This document shows, one piece after another, positions 27,440 through 42,646 of a stretch of 64,000 bases of DNA. The DNA is from the human T2T-CHM13v2.0 reference genome, Homo sapiens, in the NCBI RefSeq assembly GCF_009914755.1, contig NC_060936.1, one strand, 5' to 3'. A model generated the notes under the pieces. It saw only the letters and a program-made list of their open reading frames with translations, ran no database searches and had not been told where the DNA came from. A program made the translations under genes and the position numbers. Numbering within the stretch: the stretch's first letter is position 1; the number at the start of each line of letters is the position of its first letter.

Positions 27440-27950
27440 AGATAAATTCAGAATGTGGACTGTCCTGTAAGATATCAAGCCTGGTCCTGGAAACAGTCAA
27501 TATCATGGAGCTGAAATGGAGTAAAAAGACATTAACTAAATGTAATACACAAAACATGACTAGATCTTGGTTTGGAAAAAACTAGCTCTCAGAGTTATGC
27601 TCAAGAAAATTGAAGAAATTTGAATGTGGATTATGTGGACCATATTAGGGAGTTGCTGTTACTTTTGTAAGGCATGATAATGCTGTCACGGTTATGTAGG
27701 AGTCTTTTTTATTTTTTTTATTTTTTATTTTTTTTGGAGCTACATTTTGAAGCATTAAGGGTGAAGTGATATGATGTCTGTAACTTTGTAACAGTTTAAT
27801 AAAAAAATGGATATGAGCATAGAGAGATGAAGCAAATATGGCAACATGTGAACACTTGCTCTACCTACTTGATAAATGGGTTTTCGTTGTCCTGTTCTTT
27901 ATATACTTGAACAATCTCACATTGAAAAGTCAGCACAAAAGGAAAAATAG
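27440..27950 (+). mobile_element. Old L1M 3' fragment
   Basis: aaatttgaatgtggat...gataatgctgtcacggttatgtagga...ggtgaagtgatatgatgtctg, typical of L1MC/ME 3' ends. Confidence 0.6.
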
Positions 27951-27959
27951 GAATATGAA

Positions 27960-28247
27960 CAAAATTCCCTCTAGCATTGCCAGATTAAAAAAATGTTTTC
28001 TACTTAGGCTTCCTGTTGTATAAAAAATATGTGTCTTTAAACACTAGACTCATACTTAGCCTAGGAAGATGCTGATGCTAGAAGGGGCCCGTGGAGAACT
28101 AAGAACCAAAGAGCAGCAGGTCTGGGTGTGCCACATCACACTCAGGTGGATGCTCGTGGACTAGAATCGAGGGCAGAAGCACCTGCACTATGCAAATTGC
28201 TGATTTCACTCTTCGTAGTTAGTTTTGCCTGGCTGATATAATTGACT
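27960..28247 (+). repeat. Local duplication Y, copy 2
   Basis: Colinear with 26212-26502. Confidence 0.95.
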
Positions 28248-28489
28248 CTACTATGGATTCAAGACATCCATGTTGCAACTATAATATAATTTTTTGGAAA
28301 CTTTACACCACTATGTATACACAATTTAATAAATATTACTCAAATAGTGTAGCTCTTCATTCTTTCAGATCAATAAGTCCCTGTCTTTGTATTGTTTCCA
28401 CCTGAATTTTGGAGGAAGGTGGAATTTTAAGCATATGACTGGTGTGTAGGGTAAGTCATTATGAGCCAATGCTTATGAGTTTCTTGAGG

Positions 28490-29683
<1,194 letters not shown>

Positions 29684-30981
29684 TAGTATCTAGCAGAGTG
29701 TCTTGTTTACAATGAGCTCTTGCTAGTTGTTAAAATTAACATCAGTTTAAGTTGCTTTCTTTGGTAATATTTTATATAGTATGATATATGTTATTTAAGA
29801 CCTTCAAATAAAATAAGCCATGAAGAAAATACTTTTCAAATACTATTATTCAAACTTCTCACTTTATAACTCATATATCTCTAAAGAATTTTCTGGTGCT
29901 GTAGTTTTTAAGCCTGGCTGCACAAACCCGACGAGTATGACATGTGCACTGGTATTTTTAAAAAACTCTCTAGGTGATTCTAACGTTTAGCCAGAAATTG
30001 ATATCTACTGTTCTAATGGTTGAAATTCCTCTTATTTTTTACTTTTTAGCTTAAATGTCAAAATATTATTTTAGTTCTCTCTGGGCTCTTTTGAATGAAA
30101 TATAAGGATATGAGATTCAGGAAATATGATATACATGCATAGCACAATTGGCCCTAGTAAAATATATCTTTGCTAAAAAGCAATCTTCCAGGTAAAAATT
30201 CCTATTTATGTGGAATGCAGTACCATGGTGTACTAACAGTACCAGATATGAGCCAGATAATGTGAACAGCTCCTAATTAAACATAAAATTAATTTTCTAC
30301 CAAGCATCCTCTGTTGTTCTTGAAGGTAAATACAATTTTGTTTGTATAACAAAGGGTGCCTTAAAGGGATCAGCTACTAGAATGTTTCAAACAGGAAAGT
30401 GTCCAGCATGATAAATCTATTCCAGTTCATCAAACACCCATGCGTTCTCACTGTGGCTCAGGTAACCTACCGAATTAGGCAGAATAGTCAACTGGCTGCT
30501 GCTCTCTCATCTCTCAAAATGGACTGTGCATTACACATGATTAATTTCAGTCTGTACACACTGAGTGTATTGACCTTATTTCTATTACAGTAGCTAAGGT
30601 GGAGAATAACTATAGCCATTTTTAAGGTGATGAAAGAAAATTAGAATTAAGAACCTTTTTGTGAGATATTTTAATGTTTCACAAGTTATCTGATATCTGA
30701 ATACAGGCTTACTCTTGATCTTTACATGGAGATGTTTTATTTTTTTAATTAAGAAAATTCCACATGCCTCTCTTTTAGTTATTTCACCCAAATCTTTATA
30801 TATACTCAGATATGTCATGTCTCTCTACCTCAATTTACATAGGTCATTTATCAACAATCATGTCCCTTGAGAGGTCATCTGTAACCACTAATCTAAGACA
30901 GCAGCCCCCATCACTCTGTCTCTACTGGCCGTGCTTTATTTTAATTCACAGCAATCATCATCATCTGACATTACATTAAAC

Positions 30982-31077
30982 TTCTATCTATCATCTATCT
31001 TCTATCTATCCAGCTGTTTCTGTCTTCTATCTATCTACCTTCTATCTATCTAATCTATCATATCTTCTATCATATCT

Positions 31078-31124
<47 letters not shown>

Positions 31125-31141
31125 GTCTATCTATCTATCTC
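30982..31141 (+). repeat. Compound (TCTA)n STR inside an L2 fragment
   Basis: Long pure TCTA run from ~31078 plus degenerate flanks. Confidence 0.95.
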
Positions 31142-33684
31142 TGTTACTTGCTTATTATCTCTCTTCTCCATTGAAATATAGGCTTCATGCAGAAAGCCTG
31201 TATTTATAAGTTTTAAGTTTTATTAACTGCTGAGCTCTCTGTCTAGCATATAATAGACCCTCAATAAATATTAACTGAGAAAAAATAATGTCAACCAACA
31301 AATACCTATTCTGTCTGTTGCCTTGTATGTATGGAGTAAGATAGACCCTATTCCTGCATTCATGATTTTGACAGTTTAGCTGGAAAGAAGCAGCTACTAT
31401 TTTTTTAAGTATTCTGAGGAAAAAACATTTTGCCTCTAGTCTTAACTGCTATCTATTAACTTTAGGAAAACTATATATCTAGAGTTTTATTTGCTGTACT
31501 GTGTAGAAGATGGAAAGATCAGAATCTTACCCTTTAGAAAGTTTATTTCAGCTTTCTGTTGTTTCTGTTTCTCCTTTATGGTTTCACCTATCAGGCCATT
31601 AGGTAGGCAGAAACAACAAAGTTGTTGGATGGTTTCTGACCCAGTTAATATAAGAAAATTTGATTAATTTTAACTTTTAATTTTAGAGTTATCTTGGCTG
31701 ATAAAGCAATATTATCAACTAAATAACTGAGTATAAAACAAGTGCAGAAAACAAAACAATATAAACAGCAAGGGGGACTCAGGAAATCTTTAATAATAAA
31801 TATAAAAATTAACACTGAGTAATTTGTATTCTCAGAACTATAAAATAAATGCATTTAATATACCACAATATTCTTAGGACCTATTATCTTTTTACAGAGG
31901 AGGAAACCGAGTTATGGAGGGATTAATAACTTGTAGTTTTTTTAAGTACAGCGGCAGGAGTAGCACCAGTGTCTGGCTCTACTCTTCTCTTTCTTAAGCT
32001 GATGTGTTTTGTGGCATCTCTGTCTAACACGGCTTCCTCATCTGGGGGCATACTCCCCTCTTAAGGCAGTCTTTGTTTCCCCTTCCCTTTCAGGAATCTC
32101 CAATCCTTCAGACTTTTCTGCTGTTTTGAGCTCTGCAGTGCATTGCTGCATGGCTGCCCTCCTTATGTGATTGCTTTTGGCTCTTGGACTCTATGTGACA
32201 TTACCTTTCCTCCGTGATAACATTGCGAAGGAGAGAAATCTCTCTGTGAGTCTGTTCCAACCTGATTCTAATCTCACTTTGAATGAGACTCGAAAGTGAG
32301 AACTTTATAGCTATGGGGTCTCTCAGTTACAGCAACTACATTTTGCCATATTGACAAGAATTGGCAGGTGATGCAAGTATAATGCTTTCTACAGCATGCC
32401 TCCCTCTACCCCCACTCCACGCCCTCCTTCTAATTCTGCTGCTTTAGAGTGTGGATCAACCCACAGTTGTCATTTGACTGTTCAACACATCACATGCACA
32501 GAACTCTTTACTCCATTTGTTTTCAGTGGGGGACACGGAACAGCTGTCAATCTTGACTGCTTTGGCCAAAAAATGTTTTCTGGGTACATTTTAAAGATTA
32601 ACATAACAAACTGTTAAACTTTTTTACTTGGCAGTGCTGCTTCTCCTCAGTTGGTTTGAGGGGAAAAACCGCAGTGAAGAAACAGAAAGAATTTTACATC
32701 TTCCCCACATTCTAAGATGATCATTTTGTCATCAATTACGAAAATGAAGCTCACTCATTTCTGAAGTGCATGGGTTAGACACCAAAGCAAAAATGTCAAG
32801 TAGCTTTTTCTCTCTTTTTATTTTATACACAAGGTGGATTTTAAAAAGCCACATTTGAACAACAATTGAATACACCAGAAGTAGAAAATAGCAAAGTTTG
32901 GTAGTATTCTTGGAGGAAAAAAATTACAAAATACCCGAAAGGAAATTAATATAGTGATAATCATTGATCATAGTCAGAAGAGTTGTTTTAAACAATCAAA
33001 CATGTTTCAAAAAATGAAATTATTCAAACATACGTCAAACACATGATTCAAGCAGTTATTTGTTTGTAATCAGACTACGTTATTAAGAATTTGAGTGCTC
33101 ATATGTTTCAAGACTTCGACTGGTTCTATGCATCTGAATCTAACATAGAATCTTCTGGCAGAAAAGGAATCACTAGGGATTGTTCAATCCGGGCCCTCTG
33201 ATCCTATGATGAGGAATATTTAAAACACCCAATCGGATAGGTGATTATCTATTGCTTATCCTGTTTTAAAGACTCCAGGGATATAGAGTCTCCAGCATAT
33301 CCTTATTACCTGTTCAAATACTTAACACTTCGGTTGCTGGATAATTCTATAGAGCTCTCTTGAAAAGAAAGGAAAGAAGATTCAGGGATTACTGATGTCT
33401 GTAACAATGACATAGCAGGAGGGGGAGTGGGGGTATAATGAAATAGAAGGAAAAAATAAATGATAAGATTAGAAAAAGCTGAACATTTTAAGGAATAAGT
33501 CAGACTGAGAATTCATTATCTGAGAAAGGAACAGAAAATACACCTCACCAGAGATAGAGAGAAAAGATCTGCTAGAGTAAATTAATTCCATAATTTAAGG
33601 ACTCAAAGTAGGAATACTTCTATATTTATATAGACTGAGCTGATAAGGGAGCTGAGCAATGAAGTGGAAGTGGAGGAGAAGAGT

Positions 33685-34190
33685 CTGTGTTGCAGTTATC
33701 AATAACCATTTTATTATTTGCACATATTTGTAGGTCAGGAATTTAGGCAGATCTCAGCTGGGTGATTCTTCTGTTCCATATGGCATCAACAAAGGCCACT
33801 AGGTAGCATTTATCTGGCCGACAAAGTGCTTTGGTGGGTTGAAGAAGGATACATTCACATGTTGGCCCCTTGGCAGAGTGGTCGGAAGGGTGAGGCTCAA
33901 GTGCGGCTGTCAATCAGAACACCTGTATGTGAGCTTTCTAGCATATAGGGTCTCAGGGCCACTGGACTTCTTACATGACAGTTCAGGGTTCTTAGAGTCT
34001 CCAAGGAGAGCAGGAAGAAGCTGCAAGGTATGGTCTAGCCTCAGAACCCCAGAATGTCACTTCCTCTGTATTCTAGTGATTAAAAAAAAGTCACTAAGAC
34101 CAGTCCAGAATATGAAGGCAAAGAATGAGACTCCCACTCTTAATGGAAGGGGTGGCAAAGAATCTGTGGCCTTTTTAAAACCACCACCAT
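33685..34190 (-). mobile_element. MaLR LTR (MLT1G/H-like)
   Basis: ggtcaggaatttaggcag...ggacttcttacatg...tcacttcctctgtattcta...actcccactcttaatgg. Confidence 0.75.
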
Positions 34191-34798
34191 CTATGGTAGT
34201 CTTGCTGAGCAAGCTTTTGGGGAATAATATGATAAGAGTAAGATGGATAGACCCAATTAGGATTTAGAATCAAGTAACAACTGATGTGGCTATGTTTGTA
34301 TCCAAGTAGAATTACAAATAAGCTAATGGGCTTGAGAAATGCCTGCTCTTGTGTGATCCTGGGGCTCACCCAGTGTGACAGAACAGAATGAGTGAAGGTG
34401 AATGGAAAAAATAAATTTCAGCTCTTTCTCTGTAGTGGAACAAATAATTATTGAGTACCTCCTTATGCTGATTTATAGTATATGCTAGGGACCTCCAAAA
34501 AGCAATATAGTCCCTTCCCCTAAGAAGCTCATACTCTGTAGGAGTAAAACAAATGCAGTAGTAGAATAGAATTGTGAACATACAGGAAAATTTATGAAAT
34601 TTTAGAAATTCAGAAGACTTACTGATATGGATGTGACTAATCTTGCCAGTTCAGGCTCACAGGAAACTTCATGGAGAGACAAAATCCATGCAATGTTTCC
34701 ATGAAGAGGAGGAGTTTGTCAAATGGACTGGGCAAAGCAAACAGAATATGCAAAGGCAAAGACACCTGGAGAACCATGGTGTGCGTCTGTGTGTAGCT

Positions 34799-34799
<1 letters not shown>

Positions 34800-34829
<30 letters not shown>
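34800..34829 (+). repeat. (TG)n microsatellite inside an L2 remnant
   Basis: Visible TG run. Confidence 0.9.
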
Positions 34830-35692
34830 CACGCACGTGTGCAGGCACTGTAAATAGTTTAATGTGTCGAAGAAGGAGTGGGAGAAAACAAAATTGGAGA
34901 TGAAGGCAGTGGCTTATGTTTAAAAAACAATCTTGTGTTCCATATATTTGATTCTAAAAGTCAGTAGATGTCATTGTAGTGTTTTAAGCAGAAGTCTAAC
35001 ATGATAAGGTTTCATGTTTCAGGAAGACTTCTCCTGGCCATGATGAAGTTGAGAGCCTGGCTTGAGCAGGCCACCTCCTACTCTCAGTAACTGGCAAGTT
35101 AACAGGCACTTAGCAATTATCCAGAAATCCTTTCTTAACAACAAACTGAAATTCCTCTTGCTTTAATTCAAACCCATTTTTTCTTGTTGGGTTCTTAGAA
35201 TATTTGCTGTTGATGCATTAAGTTGTACTTCTAGCTTTTCTTTCTTTCCCTGACTTGAGAAGCCTTTCCCTCTTGATAGTCTAAGAACGTACTTCACAGC
35301 CCTATTACCTGCTCCACAGAATATATATCTGATGGGAGATGCTGTCATCACAGTGTTAAGATCTGTCTGCCCAACGAGTTTTGGGAGATCAAAACAGAAA
35401 GAAATGCTTCAGTTCTGGCGTAGAGCAGGTTCATATGTTTGGGTTTTTATATTAAGGAATTTATTTCAGTTTGATATTCTTTATGTTATTATTTTCTTCT
35501 ACCATTTTATAAATCCTTCTTGGGCTACAAACCACTTCCAAGCACCTGAGTACCTAAGCTGCTCAGCAATAGGCCTTTGAAACCAGGCCATCATGAGCTG
35601 GTTTCACATTGAAGGTATATAAAAATATGTTCTTTATGTTAGACCAAGATTACTTCTCAGGATTAGAGAAGACTGTGTACATATACTATATA

Positions 35693-36032
35693 CAATTGTC
35701 TCTTCTTGGGGGATTCGTTCTAGGACCCCTGAAAATGTCAAAATCCAAGGATGCTTAATTCATTGTCATAAAATGGTGTAGTATTTACATATAACCTATG
35801 CACATCCTCTACATACTTGAAATCATCTCTAGATTACTTATAATACCTAACACAGTGTAAATTCTATGTAAATAGTTGTCATACTGTATTGTTTAAGGAA
35901 TAATGACAAGAACAAGAAGTCTGTACATATTCAGTATAGATACAACTGTTCATTTAAAAAAAATTTTTTTTGATTGATGATTGAATGGTTGAATCCATAA
36001 GTGCAGAACCCTTGGATATGGAAAGCCAGCTG
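35693..36032. mobile_element. MER2 (TcMar-Tigger) DNA transposon
   Basis: ataaaatggtgtagtatttacatataacctatgcacatcctc...tctctagattacttataatacctaa; TA flanks. Confidence 0.85.
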
Positions 36033-36038
36033 TAGTTG

Positions 36039-36198
36039 TACAGGCATGTGCCATCATGCCCGGCTAATTTTTTGTATTTAGTAGAGAAGGGGTTTCACCA
36101 TGTTGGTCAGCTCGTCTCGAACTCTTGACCTCAGGTGATCCACCCACCTCCACCTCCCAAAGTGCTGGGATTACAGGTGTGAGCCACCATGCCCGGCC
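36039..36198 (-). mobile_element. Alu left-arm fragment (tail and most of right arm missing)
   Basis: Reverse Alu 5' half, ending abruptly next to MER2. Confidence 0.9.
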
Positions 36199-36389
36199 TC
36201 ATTTGTATAACATTTAAATCAACTTTCTGGTAATCAACTCATTTGCATAACATTTAAATCAATTTTCAGGTAAGATTGCTGGGCTCTAATGTAGAAAAAG
36301 TTAAAAATCTGTTTAGTTAAATACTATACTTGCATAAAAGTTGTTACCACTTACCACTCACCTCCTAAAACAATTGTCAAAATTGCTTA

Positions 36390-36854
<465 letters not shown>

Positions 36855-37439
36855 TTAAGTAGTGAAGGAAATGAATATACAAGACTTCCATGTATCTTCT
36901 CTCAGGCCTAGGTCTACTTGTGAACAAGAAACATCCTGAAACAGAAGGATGTATCCAAGTGACTGAAATCATAGTTATTTTATAAGCTGAGTGCATCCTG
37001 GTAAAGTGGAAAAACACGGGTTGAATGTATACTAACTTACATGGTATTAATAAATTACTAAGCTCAGTTTTTCTATCTTTAAAATGGAAATAATAATACT
37101 TACCCTGTCTACCTCAATCAATACGTGCTGAAGGCTGTTTGTGCACCAAGCACTTTGCTAGACCTGAGGATATCTAGTAAAACAGTTTAGAATCATGTGT
37201 CTGTTAAGAAGAAGGTAAGTCAACCCAGAATTAAGTTGCAAAAGTTGCTCTGAGGGTACAGAGACGGTGGCCAGGGATGGGAATAAGAAAACTCTTGGAA
37301 TGGGTAACATTTGAGATGAGTGTTTAAAGCTGAGATAAGAGAGGTTAGAAATAAGTAGGAGAAAGGCATCCTCAATACATCAGCAAGAAACAAAGGGAAG
37401 CACAAGAGTTCTATGATGACAATGAGATAGGAGAAGGAA

Positions 37440-37870
37440 AGAGAAAGTGAGAGAGAAGACTGAAGACCCAAAATAGCAGAGGCCTAACCAAGATGGAGGT
37501 TCTTTTCTTTCTCATGTAAACGTTGGGCCCAGGGCTACTTTGGCACTTCGTGGTATAAGGAGCACATGTTTCTTTCATTTTGTTGTGCCACATGTGGCCT
37601 CATTCTCAAAGTTCCCTTAAAGTCCAAGATAGCAGCTTTAACCCCAGCCACAAAAGCCACATTCCCATAAATAGGAAGGAGCAAAGGAAGGAAGTCACTC
37701 TTCCTAATCCATATGGTATTTACTTATACCACTCATATTCTGGGATCACTTCTAGATGAAAGCAAGATCTAGAAATATAGTCTTTATTCTGGGCAGCCAT
37801 GTGCCCAGATACATGTGGTGATAGCTCTGACTGAAGCAAGGAGAATGATCGCTGGGAGACACTTCTGGTG
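37440..37870 (-). mobile_element. MaLR LTR (MLT1J/K-like)
   Basis: tccaagatagcagc...tagtctttattctgggcagccatgtgcccag. Confidence 0.6.
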
Positions 37871-38949
37871 TCTGAGAGTATGTGGTGTGTGCATGTGTGT
37901 ATATGCATTTGTGCCCAGGTGTGTGTATGTGGCTGTGCCCATGTTTCAGAGGCCAGGGGAAACAGCACAGATTGAATGAAAAGACACCTAATCAGAAGTT
38001 ACATTGTTGTGAAAAGTTACATTGCAAATGGATAAAGCACATTATAAAATTAAGGAATTATTTTAGGACAAATAGATATTTTAGTGGTTACATATTTAAC
38101 GTTAAAAAACCAGCTCAGGTTTATAACACATTGACTTATATATACAAACTAAATAGAATTGCTTACTTCCTCATTTATGTTCCTATAACACCTTATATCA
38201 ATATTGTTATATAACATTTTTCTATTAATATTTTATGTCTTTGTTTCTCTAGACCATAAATTTTCTAGATTATAAATAATGATTTTGGTGGGGAAACTGA
38301 TTCCACTGTGTAATGTTTCCTTCCATGTGGAGAGAAATCCATCAGTGTAATAATTCTGGAATCTCTACCCCTTGGGATAAAGCAGGGGCTGGGGAAATGA
38401 ATGGCTTAACAGACAGAATTTGGGATGAGAAACTTGGCATGTTGCAGTGAAGCCAACTGGATTAAGAGAATAAACCCCTGGGAGATGTTGTGAGGGAAAG
38501 AGGCACTTATGCCCGGCACCCCGACCCCCGCCCAAATATTTCCATCCACGTGAAGAGGCACTGCTGAGTGTGATACTCGCGACCTCGTTCCAGCTCCTCA
38601 CTCACTTTGGGGAAAGGAGTGATTTGTTCGATTTTGGACTTGGGCATAAGAAACTGGGTGTGTGTGCATAGTTCTGCCCCTTTTTCCTTACTGTCTCTTA
38701 GAATCTGGTCTGTGAGTTTATGCTCTTGATTGTCTTTGGCCATATGGTGAGCCTTGCAACTCACAGGAGAGGGCCGTAGTGGTTTAGAGTCCCCTGTGGC
38801 TGGATGATAGCACTCCTTATGTTTTGTGTTATGCATTAAGAAGTCCTCTTGTTTGCACAGATAAAACATAGTTTTCTTTACCAGCTTTACCAGAAAAAAA
38901 TAATAACTTGATCTTTATTTACTATGACTTTGTGTCTCTCTCTCTCTCT

Positions 38950-39435
<486 letters not shown>

Positions 39436-39825
39436 TGAATGAATGGGTAGCTGGGTGACAGTGTTAAAGTGGGTTTGTGCTCTTATGATTGACCTTGATA
39501 ACTTTTGGAACTCATTCATTTAATAAAAAGGGTAATATATTTTAGATATAAATAGGCAAAGCTCAAATTGATAGATTTGACACCAAAGGCATAGTAGTAT
39601 AGAGCCAGATTTTTTTTTTTATTGTAAAGGGTGAGGCTTTATATTCACCAATATACTCACCTGGTGGCATTTAAGTTTGAAAGGGTAGATCTGATTGAAA
39701 TTGCTGTGAATATATTTTTTACACAACTGCCTAGATTCTCCTAGGGGGAAAAATCACATCCTTGGTCTTCGATGTCTTTGAAAGCTTCATTCTGTCAGAC
39801 TAGTGCTCTTAAAATGAGAATAATA

Positions 39826-40138
39826 GGCCACCGCAGTGGCTCACACCTGTAATCCCAGCACTTTGGGAGGCCGAGGCAGGTGGATCACGAGGTCAGGAGT
39901 TCAAGACCAGCCTGGCCAAGCTGGTGAAACCCCATGTCTACTAAAAATGCAAAAAAAAAAAAAAAAAAAATTAGCTGAGTGTGGTGGCGGGCACCTGTAA
40001 TCCCAGCTACTCGGGAGGCTGAGGCAGAGAATTGCTTGAACCCAGGAGGCGGAGGTTGCAGTGAGCCGAGATTGTGCCACTGCATTCCAGCCTGGGCGAC
40101 AGAGTGAGACTCTGTCTCAAACAACAACAACAACAAAA
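39826..40138 (+). mobile_element. Alu (AluSg-like)
   Basis: ggatcacgaggtcaggagttcaagacc; TSD aaaatgagaataata. Confidence 0.96.
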
Positions 40139-40829
40139 ATGAGAATAATAAAAGTGGTCACTGTTTCTGCCTGACACCATCACTTCAGAACTCAGTGTGT
40201 CCTAAAACCAGAGATGAGGCTTTGCTTGTACATTAGTTATATCCCTGGGAGGGAGAGAGGGAACAAGTACCTGGACATTGTGAAAAATAGTGGATGTTAC
40301 GATTAGTAAGAGGCATTTTCTAAGCTAAATAACAATGAGAACATTGGTGAAACTGCAGAGTTTTGAGAGAGTGCTGAAAGGTCTGAATGTCTGAGGAAGG
40401 GTGCTGCTGTAAAGACAGCCAGAGATAACCATATCCATGTGTTACCTTAACACCATCCCTGGGCTTTTTCACCTTTGAGTCTGGTGCTAATCATCATCCC
40501 AAAAGACACAATGTCAAATGCCATAATCTTCAATGTTGACATCCCAAAAAATCAAAATCCCTAGTCAAATATTCCTAATGTCTAAAATCCCCCAAATCAC
40601 ATTCCTGAAAGATTAAAATCCAGAACCTTGAAATTGTCTAAAGCTGAACTCTGAGAAAGTGATTAGTGCATTTTTGCTGTGTGCAGGATAGTTGCTTCAT
40701 GTGAGTTATTTCATGTGAGTTGCATCATATTAGGAGGAACTATTGTCTTGTAATTATTTTTATTTGGAAAATAAGTATGGCTTAAGGAGATGCATTTGAG
40801 TGCTAAGTTGACAAGGGATGGATTTGTGG

Positions 40830-41352
40830 ACTTTAGTTGTCAACTTGACTGGATCAAGGAATACCTAGAAACCTAGTAAAGTATTGTTTTGGGTGTGTCT
40901 GTGAGAGTTTCCAGAGATTAGTGTGTGAGTCTGAGTAGACTAGGTGAGGAAGATCTGCCTTAAATGTTGGTAGGCACCCTCTGATCAGCAGGGGCCACGG
41001 AGAGAACAAATACAGGGAGCCAATTAGTTTCTCTCTGAGAGCGGACATTTTTCTTTCACTGCCTTGAACATCAGAACTCCAGGCTCATGGGCCTTTGGAT
41101 TCCAGGACTAAGAGTCCACTCCCCTGAGTCCTAAGGCTTTCCACTTCAAACTGAGGGTTACACCATTGGCTTCCCTAGTTCTGGGGCCCTCAGGCTTGTC
41201 CTGAGCCACTCTATCAGCATCTCAGGGTCTCCAGCTTGCAGACAGCCTGTTGTGGGACTTCTCAGCCACCATAATCCCATGAGCCAATTTCCCTCTCATG
41301 TATCTATGTACATATCCTATAGGTTTTGTATCTCTAGAGAATCCTGACTACA
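40830..41352 (+). mobile_element. MLT2B-type ERVL LTR carried within Ricksha
   Basis: tgtcaacttgactggatcaagg...gtgggacttctcagccaccataatc..gagccaatt...ctagagaatcctgacta. Confidence 0.8.
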
Positions 41353-41410
41353 CTATTTGGTATTGGGGAAGGCAAATATCATTCATTTTTACTGTATTTC
41401 TTACCATACA

Positions 41411-41710
41411 GTGGAAGAGATCTGTGAAATTGTTCCCTTGCAAAAAGACTGTGATAAGTTAAGTGTATGAGTGTACTTAATGGTGAAAGATAAAAGTTTA
41501 AAGGCTAATTATTATTGGTGCTTCGAAAGCAGAAAATTGCTTAATTGCAAGAGCCAGGCAATAACTAGACTTTCAAATGAGCAGCATATACTTACAAAAT
41601 TTGTAGACCATAACAGCTCTCCAAATACAAGTGCAGCAAGTGTTTCAAAGATCATAGAAGTGGAAATGCGGGCAAAAAATATAAGAACTCTCCCCTGTCA
41701 AATTATTTAA
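41411..41710 (+). pseudogene. Decayed MULE transposase N-terminal FLYWCH-type zinc-finger relic
   Basis: YLMVKDKSLKANYYWCFESRKLLNC...TKFVDHNS resembles Y..L..Y-W-x-C-x7-C...H-x-H; in-frame stop upstream; ligands mutated. Confidence 0.65.
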
Positions 41711-42166
41711 TTGTGAATGACTTCTGTCACTTCACACATTAGCACCAATTCACTGTGCTATGTACTTCATCTTCACATCATTTCCAATACTGGAGATATA
41801 AATTGTGCAAAAACCGTTAGAGAGTTCTCATTTGTTTTATACATTTTTTGGAAGTTTGATTCCACAAAGGTGCATTATTACAATGTTGACTTTGTGGCAA
41901 TGTGTGTGAGCACTGTGCATGTATGTTAAAACACTGAAACTTCTTCAATAAGTGAAGAGCTGTCTTTTTTCTACATTGGCACCTGTGAAAGATAAAAGTT
42001 CCCAAGATCTCAGCTCTTTGGGCAAAGGCATGTGTGGTGGTGACCCACAATGGCTTTTGCTCTGTCTCATCAAGACCTAGGTTGTTCATCACCGTATTTC
42101 AGACAACTGAAGTTATGCACACAATTATGAGCCATAGTGATATGGTTTATACATTTTGCTTTTTGA

Positions 42167-42646
<480 letters not shown>

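Noticed and set aside
33839-34267. 142-aa ORF
   Set aside because: Mostly within an MLT1 LTR, non-ATG start.
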